A model generated the notes under the pieces. It was given only the letters and a program-made list of their open reading frames with translations. It did no database searches and had not been told where the DNA came from. Shown here one piece after another: positions 1 through 11,516 of a stretch of 20,000 bases of DNA. Made by a program: the position numbers and the translations under genes. This DNA is from Catajapyx aquilonaris. Taxonomy: Eukaryota. The first letter of the stretch is position 1, and each line of letters starts with the position of its first letter. Where the stretch lies: contig KZ538541.1 of NCBI GenBank assembly GCA_000934665.2, positions 46,657 through 66,656 on the forward strand, written 5' to 3'.

Positions 1-11
1 AAAGGGATATG

Positions 12-181
12 TAGTCGGTTCAAGGATTACCTTTCCACATCAGGCTTAGAAATTAGCCTCCAACAAAGGTGCTGTTTCCCCCTGATGCAATGACTCGCAC
101 TCCCCTATAAGTTAATAGGTAGCACCTCGGGAGGCTAATTTCTGGCCTGGTGTGGAAAGGTAATCCTTATTTAGCCGACTA
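12..181. mobile_element. MITE / fold-back element with ~50-bp terminal inverted repeats
   Basis: Left arm 12-61 tagtcggttcaaggattacctttccacatcaggcttagaaattagcctcc matches the reverse complement of 130-181 (tagtcggctaaataaggattacctttccacaccaggccagaaattagcctcc). An inner pair aggtgct (67-73)/agcacct (121-127) extends it. TA at both outer ends may be the TSD. Confidence 0.8.
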
Positions 182-201
182 GTTTAAGCGTCCAAGGCAC
201 C

Positions 202-256
202 CACGGAGCCTTGAGTCATCCAAGCTCAGTATGCCTGGATGACTCAAGCCTCCGTG
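202..256. mobile_element. 55-bp hairpin insertion (micro-MITE) with 9-bp target-site duplication
   Basis: Arms 202-225 and 233-256 are reverse complements at 22/24 positions around a 7-nt loop. The identical 9-mer caaggcacc lies immediately on both sides (193-201, 257-265). Confidence 0.85.
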
Positions 257-265
257 CAAGGCACC

Positions 266-460
266 AATGGATCGCTTAGAGATGTCGTTCGACCTCCAAA
301 GCCAAGTGACCAACATGTTAGTGGAGCTCATGCTGGTGTAGCACTGGGATATAGGCTTGCTTCCATCCACATCCACAAGGACATCACCTCCAGATCCCTG
401 ACCCATCATTTATGGTGTGTCAGTCAGCTGTGCCCTGCTTTTGACACTCGCTTCTGGCCC
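266..460 (+). pseudogene. Possible degraded CR1/L2-type LINE ORF2 C-terminal fragment
   Basis: Frame-shifted translations (LEMSFD..., DQHVS..ALGY..HKDITS, PDP*PIIYGVSV, PAFD..FWP) loosely follow the post-RT pattern of CR1-group ORF2 (LGVxFD..L.F..HV....ALG...IYKSLVRP.LEY..P.WSP). Recognised by eye only. Confidence 0.35.
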
Positions 461-2232
461 ATCCTCCTTTATTATATATAGTATGTAGAGTACACTGTAT
501 AGGGGGAACATGTACGACAATTTGACAGTATCACCCCTGCTGAGTGACCTACAGTATAACTGCTTTCTGCAGCACATGCACTTTTCCTAATTATCTCCTT
601 ATTGTTACAATCATGTACCTTGAATGCGATTAAGTGGCCTGGTTTTATTGTCCTAATAAGAAAGTGTCTTATACTATAATGATAGGAAGTTCATAATGTG
701 AGACATAATTTTTCATTACACTTTAAATAAAAGTAGGCTACTGTTTTCGCAATTACGTCTAGTTCACTCTGGCCTGTCTCCGTGCAGAAATCTTCATCAT
801 CCTTATCTTTATATGCCTGGTAACGTAAACACGGCAAAACATCATACTGTATATTCATTTAACAGCATGTATATACGGTACTGTACAATCTCTTTGGGAT
901 TTATTTGTTGCATCTCATAACTCCCATGCGCTAATGAATATCATGTGCTTAAACATCAGCATATGATTTATTAGAGCTAAATTACGGTATAAGTTAGTTT
1001 TCGGAATGGAATCATAATACTTAATAAGTTATTTCATTACCGGCAATAATGAGGGCTCAGACGGATATTTTTGGCTGCTATAGAGCATCAGTTGAGAGAG
1101 GAAAATGTGAGTTCGAGACTCGTCTAGAACTGTCCGAGGTCTTGTAGATAAAAGGTGCTGTGGTGTAGATTGTAGAAGATAAAGAAATTACGGAAACGAT
1201 GGAGGGGAGGGGAAGCTGCGAGGGGGATTCATTTGGTATAAGATAGAATGGCAGCTTGGGTGCAGCTTTTTTGTTAAGTTTTAATTAAGTTGTTAACGGT
1301 TAATTGAATGTATTTAAGTATCAATATAAGTTACACTAATGTGACTCAATTCACATTCAATAATAATTAATAGAAGTATTACAGCATCCTTGTCCCCCAC
1401 ACTGTAGAATTAGTGTGCATTAAATTAAGGCGAAAAATTGTTTGTCATGTGCATATAAATAGTCTATTAATAAGTGTATGAGTATAACCGTATAACATTA
1501 TTTATGTCATATTACCATTTGTTACCCTGCCCACTACCTTTGAATAAGTTATAATTATTTATTCAGCGGAATATGTATTTGTGCAATTCACTAAATGAAT
1601 TCATTAATTTTCCTATCCTATTTCATGGACTTATCAAATATTTTTACATTTCTCAGGTTGAGAATTACGAGTTTGTAACTGCAATGAAAATCCTATTATG
1701 TAGTTACAACCTTGTAATTCTCCGCGATTTGTATAGTTTCAGCATATACTATATATCTTAGATATTAAAGGCTATGGTTTTCAGCAGTCTATATGTCGGG
1801 AGATAATAAGGTAAGTTATTTCTCTTGTGTTTGAAAAGCAACGTGAACAAAAATGGCATGTGCTATTTAACTGCGACAGATTTGTCATGTGATCGAGGGG
1901 AAATCTATTGTTTTGCTGTTGATTGTCATGAGTCCAGAAAAGCACAGAGGAACAAAGGCTATATTATAAACTTGTCTCTTTACGTGCGTCACGGAAGGTG
2001 TGAGGAATCTCCTCATTATGTTGTACTAGAGGTATAGAAAGGGAAAAAATAAGTCAGCCAGAACCAAACAACCAAACCTATTATTTGCCCATTTGGGACT
2101 CATACGAAGTGTCACGAACAGTACGGTATATGATGCAGAGATATAGGATATACTGTAATTATATGTTAACAAAATATCCGGTACCGTATACCGTATATAT
2201 TAAAATCAGCCACCATATTCTGCTTTATAAAA

Positions 2233-2507
2233 TGAAGACCTCGGGGGAAGAACGATCAAGGACCACCTCAGGTGAAACTGAAATATTCCAATTTCAAATT
2301 TTGAAGGCCCATAAACTGTTCGATTCTAAATCCCACTTTTGGGGCCTTCCATATAATATAAAGTGACCTATATATGATCACTACTTCGCAACCAGCACGA
2401 CTAAACCATAATATTCTACACGGTACGCTAGTGAAACTATCTTCAGAGATATGTAACTCATTTTTGACAAAAAGTGGACCTTGATCGTTCTTCCCCCGAG
2501 GTCTTCA
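2233..2507. mobile_element. MITE with 34-bp terminal inverted repeats
   Basis: 2233-2266 tgaagacctcgggggaagaacgatcaaggaccac vs the reverse complement of 2474-2507 tgaagacctcgggggaagaacgatcaaggtccac: 33/34 identical. The interior is non-coding and there is no perfect TSD. Confidence 0.85.
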
Positions 2508-3399
2508 AGTGGAGGCTGCAAATTAGGATGGTGCCCAACTAAATAATGATACCAAATTAATTCCTGTGGTTGTATGCCCGCAAATTCAGATAAATTCCCC
2601 AATTATGTACAGTTTATGCATATAAGTATTCACAATGCATAAGCAGACACTTTCTCTTAATTTGAATTGATACAGTCGGGTGCAATTCATCGAGTAAGAT
2701 ACATTAATTGATTGGAACAGGGATGATTGAAGTCAATTTATTAACTTTCTGGTTTGATTCCTCCTTTCCTTTTCGCAATTCACGAGCTAAATACAGTAAC
2801 TGGCAGCCGTTAGGCCAGCAGTGATGGGAAATGTGCTTCAAATTGGTTTTTTTCTCTCAAAGGTTTGATTATAACAAAATCGTGACATGAAATTACTCAA
2901 TCTGTCCTAAGGTAACCAAACTGGAGTCAATTTAGCTTAGTGACATTCCGAGTTGAGCGTCTTATACAAGAACAAGCAATAATTACGCCTACTGCTGCAG
3001 GGGGCAGGTATAAATGGGCCACCCGGTATTATGGAAGTGTCATCCAACGTAATTGCTTTGTTGAGGTATTACAGAGTGGAAAGGTTGTTCTGGTAAATCC
3101 GTGACTTCAGGTAAGCTCACGACAAGGAGACATTCGTGATGAACATCCATTCACCACTGCTGTGCTTCATTATGTTATGATATGCCAGGTTCACGTAATA
3201 ATGTAAATGAAATAAAAATATAATTGCACATAGATGTATAGGATACGTGTAAGTTATAGTGCAGCGATTTAAGTTAATAAATGAGTCGGTTTATACAAAG
3301 CAGAAGTAGTGCTTCGTATCACAGGCACAATATTAGCAATATTAGTACAAACGATAACAGATGACGATAAAAGCATCAACACACTGCCCAACGAACCGT

Positions 3400-3508
3400 G
3401 GGCATTATATAAAATGTCCGGCCCATTTGTGAAATGCCTTCCCATTATACACACTGTCCAAAAAACTGGGAATTCTATACAGTACCCTGGTCATTTTACA
3501 AAATGCCC
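3400..3508. repeat. Degenerate inverted repeat (old MITE-like remnant)
   Basis: gggcattatataaaatgtccgg (3400-3421) vs the reverse complement of 3487-3508 gggcattttgtaaaatgaccag, 18/22. Confidence 0.45.
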
Positions 3509-3998
3509 GTGTTAAACACATTGACCGTAACATCTATAATTCTGATTATGAAACGGACTAAGAAAAACACCATTGCTCCAGCAGATGAGTGGTGTCTCAA
3601 AGCAACAATGAACAACCCATTAATTTCCTGCAAGGAAGTAAGAATCACGTTTCATTGTGTACAAGAACTCCCGAGAGTGTTTTTCACCTCCCAAAAATGA
3701 TTTTGAGAAGTTTCTCTCCAAACACCCCGGTAAAAAGAACACTCGGATGTTTCAAACAAAGAAAAAGAAGAGAGGCCGCCAAGTAAAAGGCATCGCCGCT
3801 CAGGAGAGCTTGATTGGGAACCCAAGAAGGTAAACTCCGCCTTGGCAACCAACAAAAAACTCAACAGAGGTAACTTATAAGAGGGAAAAGAGTGAGAAGG
3901 GAAAAGGTTGCAGCTGACAGGCTGTACATCCGGGCCCCCTTTTTAAACACACGGGCAATGGGGGTGGTAGGGTAGAAGAGGCCTAGCTAATGCCTCTA

Positions 3999-4218
3999 GG
4001 GGGGGGGGGGGGGGGANNNNNNNNNNNNNNNNNNNNNNNNNNNNNNNNNNNNNNNNNNNNNNNNNNNNNNNNNNNNNNNNNNNNNNNNNNNNNNNNNNNN
4101 NNNNNNNNNNNNNNNNNNNNNNNNNNNNNNNNNNNNNNNNNNNNNNNNNNNNNNNNNNNNNNNNNNNNNNNNNNNNNNNNNNNNNNNNNNNNNNNNNNNN
4201 NNNNNNNNNGGGGGGGGG
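3999..4218. other. Assembly gap (N 4017-4209) flanked by poly-G tracts
   Basis: G run 3999-4015, 193 N, G run 4210-4218. Confidence 0.98.
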
Positions 4219-6005
4219 AAGGATATATATTATAACATGTAGCTTGGAGTATATGTGGGGTGGGGATCAGGAAGCACATTAACTCCTTTGCCCTCTGAAG
4301 CCTTATAGGCCTACTCTTTTTTTTCCAGGCTGCTAAGTTCAAAGGTGTTTGCACAGCCGGGCTTCAAAGTCTTGCATCAGGTCGGAAGGCAAGTTAGATG
4401 AAGGGAGAAAAAAGTGTAGCTGCCGGAGGGTGGGGAAGAGGGGGAGGGGACAGGGTTGAAGTCATTTCGTCTTGCTCCATTATAGACCAGGGTTGCCTTT
4501 CTCACGAAGGAGTTTCAAGATGGGCTGTAGAGTGAGCGTACCAACTTTTCCAGATCGTTACAGAGAACTGGTAGTTGTATATGTTCATTAATATAGGTAT
4601 TTTTCTAGGAGGGATATATAAACGTGGATCATTTACTTAGGCATGTGTTCCTATTCGCTGGTATATAGGCATATGGCAGCACCCTTCTCCTTTCTCCCTC
4701 TCTCACACCGCGACACATTATACCGGCAGACTCATTATTTGCGGTTGCGGTTGTTGCCCTCCGCACAAGGCACCGCAAACACCCATTACTGTAGAAGCGC
4801 AGCACGGGAAATCAGTGCTAGAATCTTGGCAGTGTCAAGATGTCATCATGTGCCGATATTCTGTTCTCAATAATTATATGCCTATACTGTCAATAACTGC
4901 TCTTAATGGTATGGCAACAATACAGCAAGCTACCAAATATACCAAACTCACATTTTCTCATACATTGGCTACTATATAGTGGCCACTATAGACTATATGA
5001 TTGATAACAAACATTACAACAGATTGGGGACCTATATGCCAAAATACTCGGTCCCCCCCCCCACTCCGAGGTAAACAATTGTAGTTTCTTGAAATAAAAA
5101 TGGCAGATATTTGCGACTTTTGCGATGTAATTAAATGGTAACATTAACATATATGCATACTCTGGGATTGGGTACTTAATATTAATCAATGCAGAACATA
5201 CTTCTGACACGTCCGTTATACTTCACATGTTTCCAACACTATACAGGGGAACTTGCTTTGGTAACGGTACACTTTATGAAACATGGCTTACAGGTGTAAT
5301 TAAGTTGTAGTACTTGAATGATTCAATCCTCGGTGCGTAACGGCAGGCAGAAAACGTGTCTTGTTTACAATTTCCACCCGAAATCACACGATCTCCTCTC
5401 ACTTAATAATTGAATGCCTATTGCTGCAACCACAAAAGAGCCACTGGAGATGAGATCGATCTTAACGCAAAAAAATGAACGTGCACGCTCCAAAGAACAA
5501 AAAGTCCACGTGTCATTATATGCCTGGTATATTCTATACACTCTTCATCCATTATGCCTATGCTGTTGGTTTCCTCCAAGAAAAATATGGCGTCCAATAA
5601 GTCCACCCGTTAGTTAGACCTCACGCCTTCATTACGCTTCTGTCACACGGATTAACACGGATATGCATGGATAGGCTTTTCATCGACTACATTACAGGCT
5701 TACATGCTGGTGTCAGCCATCTTGAGGTCACCTTCTGCGATGGTCCTTTTCTTATTTCACCACTTTTTACAGCGGAAGACACGTCACTGGGAATCCTATT
5801 TCCCCAACCACCATTTCTCATCATTTTCCACGCTTTTTTCTCTCCCCTCCTCAAGACCTCCCTTCTACTCCCCATCCCCTCCCATCTCCCCCCACCTCTG
5901 CACCTTTCACTTCAACCAAGTTCCATTTGCAGGGGAACCAACCGCTGCCCAAAAATTTTTCTCTCGTTAGAGGGTGAACATTCGTTTCCATAAATCAATC
6001 GCTAA

Positions 6006-6008
<3 letters not shown>

Positions 6009-6047
<39 letters not shown>
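6009..6047. repeat. (TC)n microsatellite
   Basis: Uninterrupted tctctc tract. Confidence 0.97.
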
Positions 6048-6050
<3 letters not shown>

Positions 6051-7847
6051 ACATCTGCCGGAAAGAAGGATTTCATTAAAGCCATTGGAAGCAGGCGGNC
6101 TGGATCAATCCCCCCCCCCCACCCACCCATTATTGGCCAGCAGGCAACGATTGTTGTCATGGCCTCTGGTTGATGCATACTGAAGTGTCAACCAGCGACG
6201 AAAGTGTCACATTCTAAATAATGACCGCGACATCATTCGACCCCCAATATTTGGTTGTAACAACCGGACTGTAAATTGGTGGAATGAAATGGCCTGAGCC
6301 ATCCACTATTATTTTGTCACGAGTTTATATACGACAAGAAAATGAGAATAGCTCTCAAACATGATAGTTTAGAAGGGACGGTGTCTGGATATAACAGCTA
6401 ATTACACCAATACTGAAGGTCAAATCATTATTAACGGTTCCATCAAGAAGAAAATCTTGAATTATTCATCAAATTTTATAATGCACTTGTTGTCTCGTTT
6501 CCTGCTCCGGCTTAATAACAGTCGTGAATAGTACACACCAACCTCCTGTGAAGCGAGCCGCGTATGATTATATCCTGATTATAATCTGATCCAGAATTCA
6601 ACGGAAAGAGTATCTTAGCCGGTCCATCAGCATAATAAAACTTGAAGGAGGGATCAGGGAGGGGTAAAAAAAGGCTGGCTCACCTCTATATATATACACA
6701 CAAGGTGATACCGTATATTGGAGAATCAATAGTTAACACCGCAATGCCAGATAGAGACAATAAGTCTGCTGGCTGCAATATATCTGCTTTGCATGCAACT
6801 TGCACATCCGAGCAATTGAGTATTAAAAGGGCGTGTGTGTAAGAAGGCCTGCTGCGTAATGTAAAACAATTATCGCCGTCACTGAGAATGAAAATGAGTC
6901 CCTGGGATAGCATCCGGAGTCATGGGTGTGTATAGAGAAGCCCCTTTTCGTGGGGCCACGACAAGCGTTACTGATTGTAATTGATGAACACATTTTTGCA
7001 TCCTCGCAACGTTGCAATGCTTGGTTCGCTTCCAAAGAGATGGACAGCAGGCCATTTTCACACTTCCATCACAATCTCCGTCCTTTTTTAGGGCGACTAG
7101 CCAGGATTACTTGCGTGCAAGGTATGGCTAGATTTTGGCCTATAGGATTTTTCAAGCCTGATGATGAGCCTTTTGGTTAAGATACTTTTACGTGAAACGC
7201 GGATTACTTTATGCTACTTTTTCATGGATAAAAAAGGAACACATTTATGGTAAAGTGGTTCCTGTGAAGGGTACGGAATTTTTTATTAACTTAAACTTAT
7301 AATTACACATTATATAGGCAATTAAATAGGGTGGGTCGCTGCATTGGTATTTTAACTGTTGTTGATATTCCAAGACAAAACTGATGTAATTAATTTTGGT
7401 GATTTCGGCTTTATTATATACCGTGATAATCGCGCATATTCATTGTTGCCATTCCATCCCAAATGGTGCGGCAGAGAAATATCCTGCGAGTCAGGTAAGG
7501 GAAGTTGGATAACTTGCGGGATGACCCCAATTACCTCGTGTATTATGAAACTAAAATTGTAGTGCGAATATAATGTTCCTAATAAAGTTGAAATTGACAA
7601 AATAAACAATACCGTATTACTGTCATTTTGTCTCGGAATATAGAACTACGAGTAGCCTATTATTAAAAACCTATAAGTCCGATAGGAAGTGCGAACATTT
7701 ATAGAAATACCCTATATGTAAAACAGCAGACAATGTGTTCCATGTCAGCAATGGTCAGCTATTTTTGGCACTAAGGTCACTCTTTTTAAGCATTTGTTTT
7801 TAAATAGTCTTAACCCCTTCACTGTATCAGCCACCTATTATCTATAG

Positions 7848-7920
7848 CAGTGGTTCCCAACCTTTTCCGGGTCGCGACCCCCTGTTATGATAGTCTGCGA
7901 CCCCCCCCCCCTCCCCCAGT
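7848..7920 (+). mobile_element. Truncated hAT (Charlie-like) element end
   Basis: Starts cagtggttcccaaccttttc, the typical hAT-Charlie terminal motif, followed by the palindrome gggtcgcgaccc often seen in such elements. No matching opposite TIR was found in the window. Confidence 0.6.
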
Positions 7921-7930
7921 CCCCGAGTGT

Positions 7931-8891
7931 TAGATGTTGAGAAAAACCTTCTTGACTGATGAAATTTCCTATAAAATTTATTTTTTTATTTTTTTATTAA
8001 TTTTAGTTATACCAGATATAACCGACATCGCCTAGTTTTCCGCTTACGCGTGCATGCTCTGAGATACGAACAAGATATCTGACAAAAAATAACTACAGAC
8101 TCTATATACTTACCCGTTCGTGGAAAACACTATGAATGTGTCGGGAACAATTTTCCTCCCAGTCCCTAAATTAATTTCCGAAAAGATCGCTGTAAAGCGA
8201 AGTCTCGAAGTACATGCTGGCCAACTGTTAGGCTGATTTAATTATGAAATATGTTACAATAGACGGAATAACAACCTTGAGCCAGACGAATTTGAGGAAA
8301 TCGTCTTACTTTGCGTGAAATATACATAAATTTCGTGTGAGTTTTCCGTATAGTGACAGGTAAGTCGCAGATAAGTGTTGAGTTTATTTCTCGAAAAGTA
8401 CGAAGATTTCAGCAAATTTGTCTAGCACGTTTCTCAAGGTTGTTATTCCGTATATTTGATTTATGATTATGATTATGATTAAATCAACCTATAGCATCAG
8501 TTGGCCGGTAGTATAGCCTACTTGTATTTTTACAGCTATCTTTTTGGAAATTGATTTACGGACTTATAGACAAAGAAAATTGTTTCCAATATATACATAC
8601 ATTGTGCTTTGCATGAATAGCTGTTACTATTTGTAAACTATCTTTCCCTTAACCTTCAGATTACTTGAAGTTGAACAGGAGAGAAAATCTATATAGGCGA
8701 TGGAAATATAGCCGATATTTTGTGCGGCGATCTTTTTGGAAATGAATTTGCGGACTTCTATGTGAGTAAAATTGTTTCCAACACATGAATTGCGTAGACC
8801 ATGAATGTATAAGTGTAGCTGTTTTTGTTATGAAATTTGTATAAAATTTGTATGAAATTTCTGCAGTCCTAAGCTATTTTTCGGCACTGTA
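7931..8891. mobile_element. ~960-bp degenerate fold-back DNA element with Tc1/mariner-like end (TA|CAGTGCC)
   Basis: Nested inverted pairs: 7954-7979/8843-8868 (21/26), 8168-8196/8529-8557 (26/29), ggccaactg/cagttggcc, and 8263-8281/8433-8451 (19/19). The right end reads ...cggcactg|ta. Confidence 0.7.
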
Positions 8892-8928
8892 TACAGTGCC
8901 GAAAAATATATTAAGACTGCAGAAATTT
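8855..8928. repeat. Palindrome: perfect 34-bp loop-less core within a 74-bp imperfect inverted repeat
   Basis: 8875-8908 tatttttcggcactgta|tacagtgccgaaaaata. The outer pair is aaatttctgcagtc (8855-8868)/gactgcagaaattt (8915-8928). Confidence 0.95.
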
Positions 8929-8990
8929 ACGTTGAAAAACCCTCTCTGTAATGGCTGCATATTATAATATTTAGATCACTTAGATAGTTA

Positions 8991-9260
8991 GGGCGACACG
9001 GTGGCGGAGTGGTTAGTGCTGCAGCCTTCCACCTCTATAAGGTGCAAAGTTCGATCCCCAGGTCGGACGGAGGATACTTATGTGGATATACAGTTTCGAT
9101 GGGTTCTCTCCGTGTTCGCGTGGGTTTTCTCGGGGTTCTCCCGTTTCCTCCCGCAATCAAAATCCATCACAGCGCAGGCAATGAATAAAGTTGGTCACTT
9201 AAAACATGATCCCCTAAGAGGCCTAAGGAGGCCTATCACGGGATATCCATTATAGATGTT
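8991..9260 (+). mobile_element. tRNA-derived SINE with V-SINE-like central domain
   Basis: Pol III A box tggcggagtgg (9002-9012) and B box gttcgatcc (9049-9057). 9103-9162 (ttctctccgtgttcgcgtgggttttctcggggttctcccgtttcctcccgcaatcaaaa) closely resembles the V-SINE core motif. The 3' boundary is approximate. Confidence 0.85.
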
Positions 9261-11516
9261 ATATACAGTTCATAATTACATATTATGTCATTGTAATTTT
9301 GTAATATAATACTTGTAATATATTGCTGATCATCAAAAGAAAGTGGTCAAAAGATAGGCACAAGTTATGACGAGCAACAACAAAGCGAAAATGTGAATAT
9401 GATTATTAAATGAAGAGTGACATGACTTGTCATTGTCATAAATAATTTGTACGACAGCATGTTGAGTTGTTGCTTGCAAGTAACTTGCCTTCTAAACTTA
9501 TTAATTAAACTTCCTTCTAAGAAAAAAAATTACTGTTTGAAAGAGTAAATAATTATGGTATCTTAACAAGTAATGCGCCATTTCCGGATCGTGATGGTTA
9601 TTCAGTTTAGATCACCGCGATCGTATCCGTGGGTCATCCAAGTTCAAAGCAGTAAATCTCAAGCAGTATTAATGGTCATTAAATATAAGTTTCCTCTCAT
9701 TGCAAAGCAAGACAAAGCCTATCAAAATCACCCGTGACACTTATTGCACGCCTTAAACATTATCATGCAATTTATTTTCTGAAAAACAAAACCATTATGC
9801 TATTGTCAGCAAAGAATTCTAAGCTCTACATCAATAGTAAGATTACAGTAGAGTTTACTCAACATGTATGTGCGTTAAGGTTACACTAAAGTATTGCATA
9901 AACAATATTGGAAGCTTCGACCGTATAATCTGTAAGACGCGGCTTGTAACGGTAACTGTGCAGTGTAACCTCAATGTAATAAAAAATCCTCAAGAAGTGA
10001 CACTCTTATTCTGGTAATCTCTAAATATATTTTAAAAGTGCACATTTCGATATTTTTTATTACCACTTCATCCCTCCCGTGGCCTGACTCCGAATGTACC
10101 GGTATAGTTTCTAATCCTCAGGCCTGAAGTATATGGAACCCAAGTTTCATTATGAGAAACCAAGGCAAGAATCAAACCCCACTCTGCGTGGACGTTGGCC
10201 AGGTCCTAATTCGATTATGACATCTCCCAACGATCTATTTTCTCTGCTTTGTCGTCACCATTTGGGGTACCCAAGTCAATGACACCTCCTATTATAACGC
10301 AAGTGGTCATCAGTGAAAATGTCCATGCTGGCAGGAATTGCTTCATATATGCAGAATACAGAGGGGGTGCGACATAGGCCTGCTGGTAAATTAGACTACA
10401 CACTGTAAGCATGGAATGTTAAGGACAATTAACAATACAGTGTAGACTTGTAGGTGATTTTCTCCATTCCTGTAAAGAGTGCAAACCATTAGTCCCGTGA
10501 AAACGGGAATGGGGCCGAAACGGGAACAAAACCAAATCAATGCCGCAGCGCAGGAAGGTGTAGCGGGTCAACCGACCATTCAAGTCTCTATCTGCCGGTT
10601 CCTATCTGCCTCTGCCTCTTTTTTCCCACCCCTCCCCCTCCCGCCCTTTCCCCTTCTCTCCTCTGGGTCGCCCAAATCTCCTCATCTAGCATGTCGTCAT
10701 CGCAACAAGTCATTTTGTGGCGAGCCCCCCCTATACTCACTACCAACACAAAGCAAAGCGTTGACACTCGCACATCTCCATCTACAGGACATGGAAGACA
10801 GACGTCATCTTTCTTCCACGTCCAAATAATCATGCACTATTCTCCCCTCCTTCCAACCATCCTTATCCCCGCTTCCAAAGTCGCAGGTGTATGTTTACAG
10901 CAAAGGTGAAATAGTTAACCTCAGAAATCAAGGCCATCGACCAAGGGCTGAACAAAAGCCGGCTTACAACACCCGGCATGTTTATTTCAACGGCTTCTCA
11001 AGCAGACTGTACCATTATAGGCAATGGTTGTATGTCAAACAAAAAAAGGCATGTTCTGTCCTGAGCAGTCGGTTCCGCCGTTCTGGTAACAAATAGGCCC
11101 ACCTGAGCACCAAATCATGCACTCAAGGTACACAAATCGCGCTCATTATATATATTGTTGCCTCTTCCAAATCATATTTTGTACCTACTGTGAATTTGCG
11201 TCTGGAGGAGGTTGAAAAATTGTTGCCGGTGCTGCTTTTATGGTGTTCTGTAAAAAATATATATATATTTGCCCGCTTCTACTGTATATGTTAGCTAATT
11301 GCAATTCAGTTCAAGCTTTATAGCAGGCTGATGACGTCGTGTAATATGGTTGAACTCTAAGCGTTGGCATGACCTACCGCATGCACTGTAAATACCACAT
11401 CATATGGTGCGGCAGCCCATTAATGGTTAGCTTAATTTACATGAGGATTTACAGTAATGTGGCATATAATAATAATTTATAAAAATAACTCAGCATTATG
11501 CTTATAGATATTATCG

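Noticed and set aside
1640..3116. Possible short exons (acceptor-like tttctcag at ~1656; donor-like ag|gtaag at ~1810 and ~3110)
   Set aside because: Splice-like motifs alone are expected by chance, and no coherent reading frame or recognisable peptide links them. RNA-seq would be needed.
3983..4354. ORFs spanning the N gap
   Set aside because: They are open only because Ns translate as X.
7155..7200. Hammerhead ribozyme core (ctgatga...gaaa); also checked at ~7956, ~11328 and ~16918
   Set aside because: There is no correctly placed stem II followed by GAAA, and no stem I/III pairing.
8991..9070. tRNA gene (also considered for 11517-11590)
   Set aside because: A/B boxes are present, but no clean cloverleaf forms and the sequences continue into SINE bodies, so both are called as SINE heads.
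10412..10433. miR-1-like start tggaatgt; similar seed-only matches at ~7764, ~16094 and ~17451
   Set aside because: Only the first 8-10 nt resemble known miRNAs. The remainder diverges and no precursor hairpin is evident.
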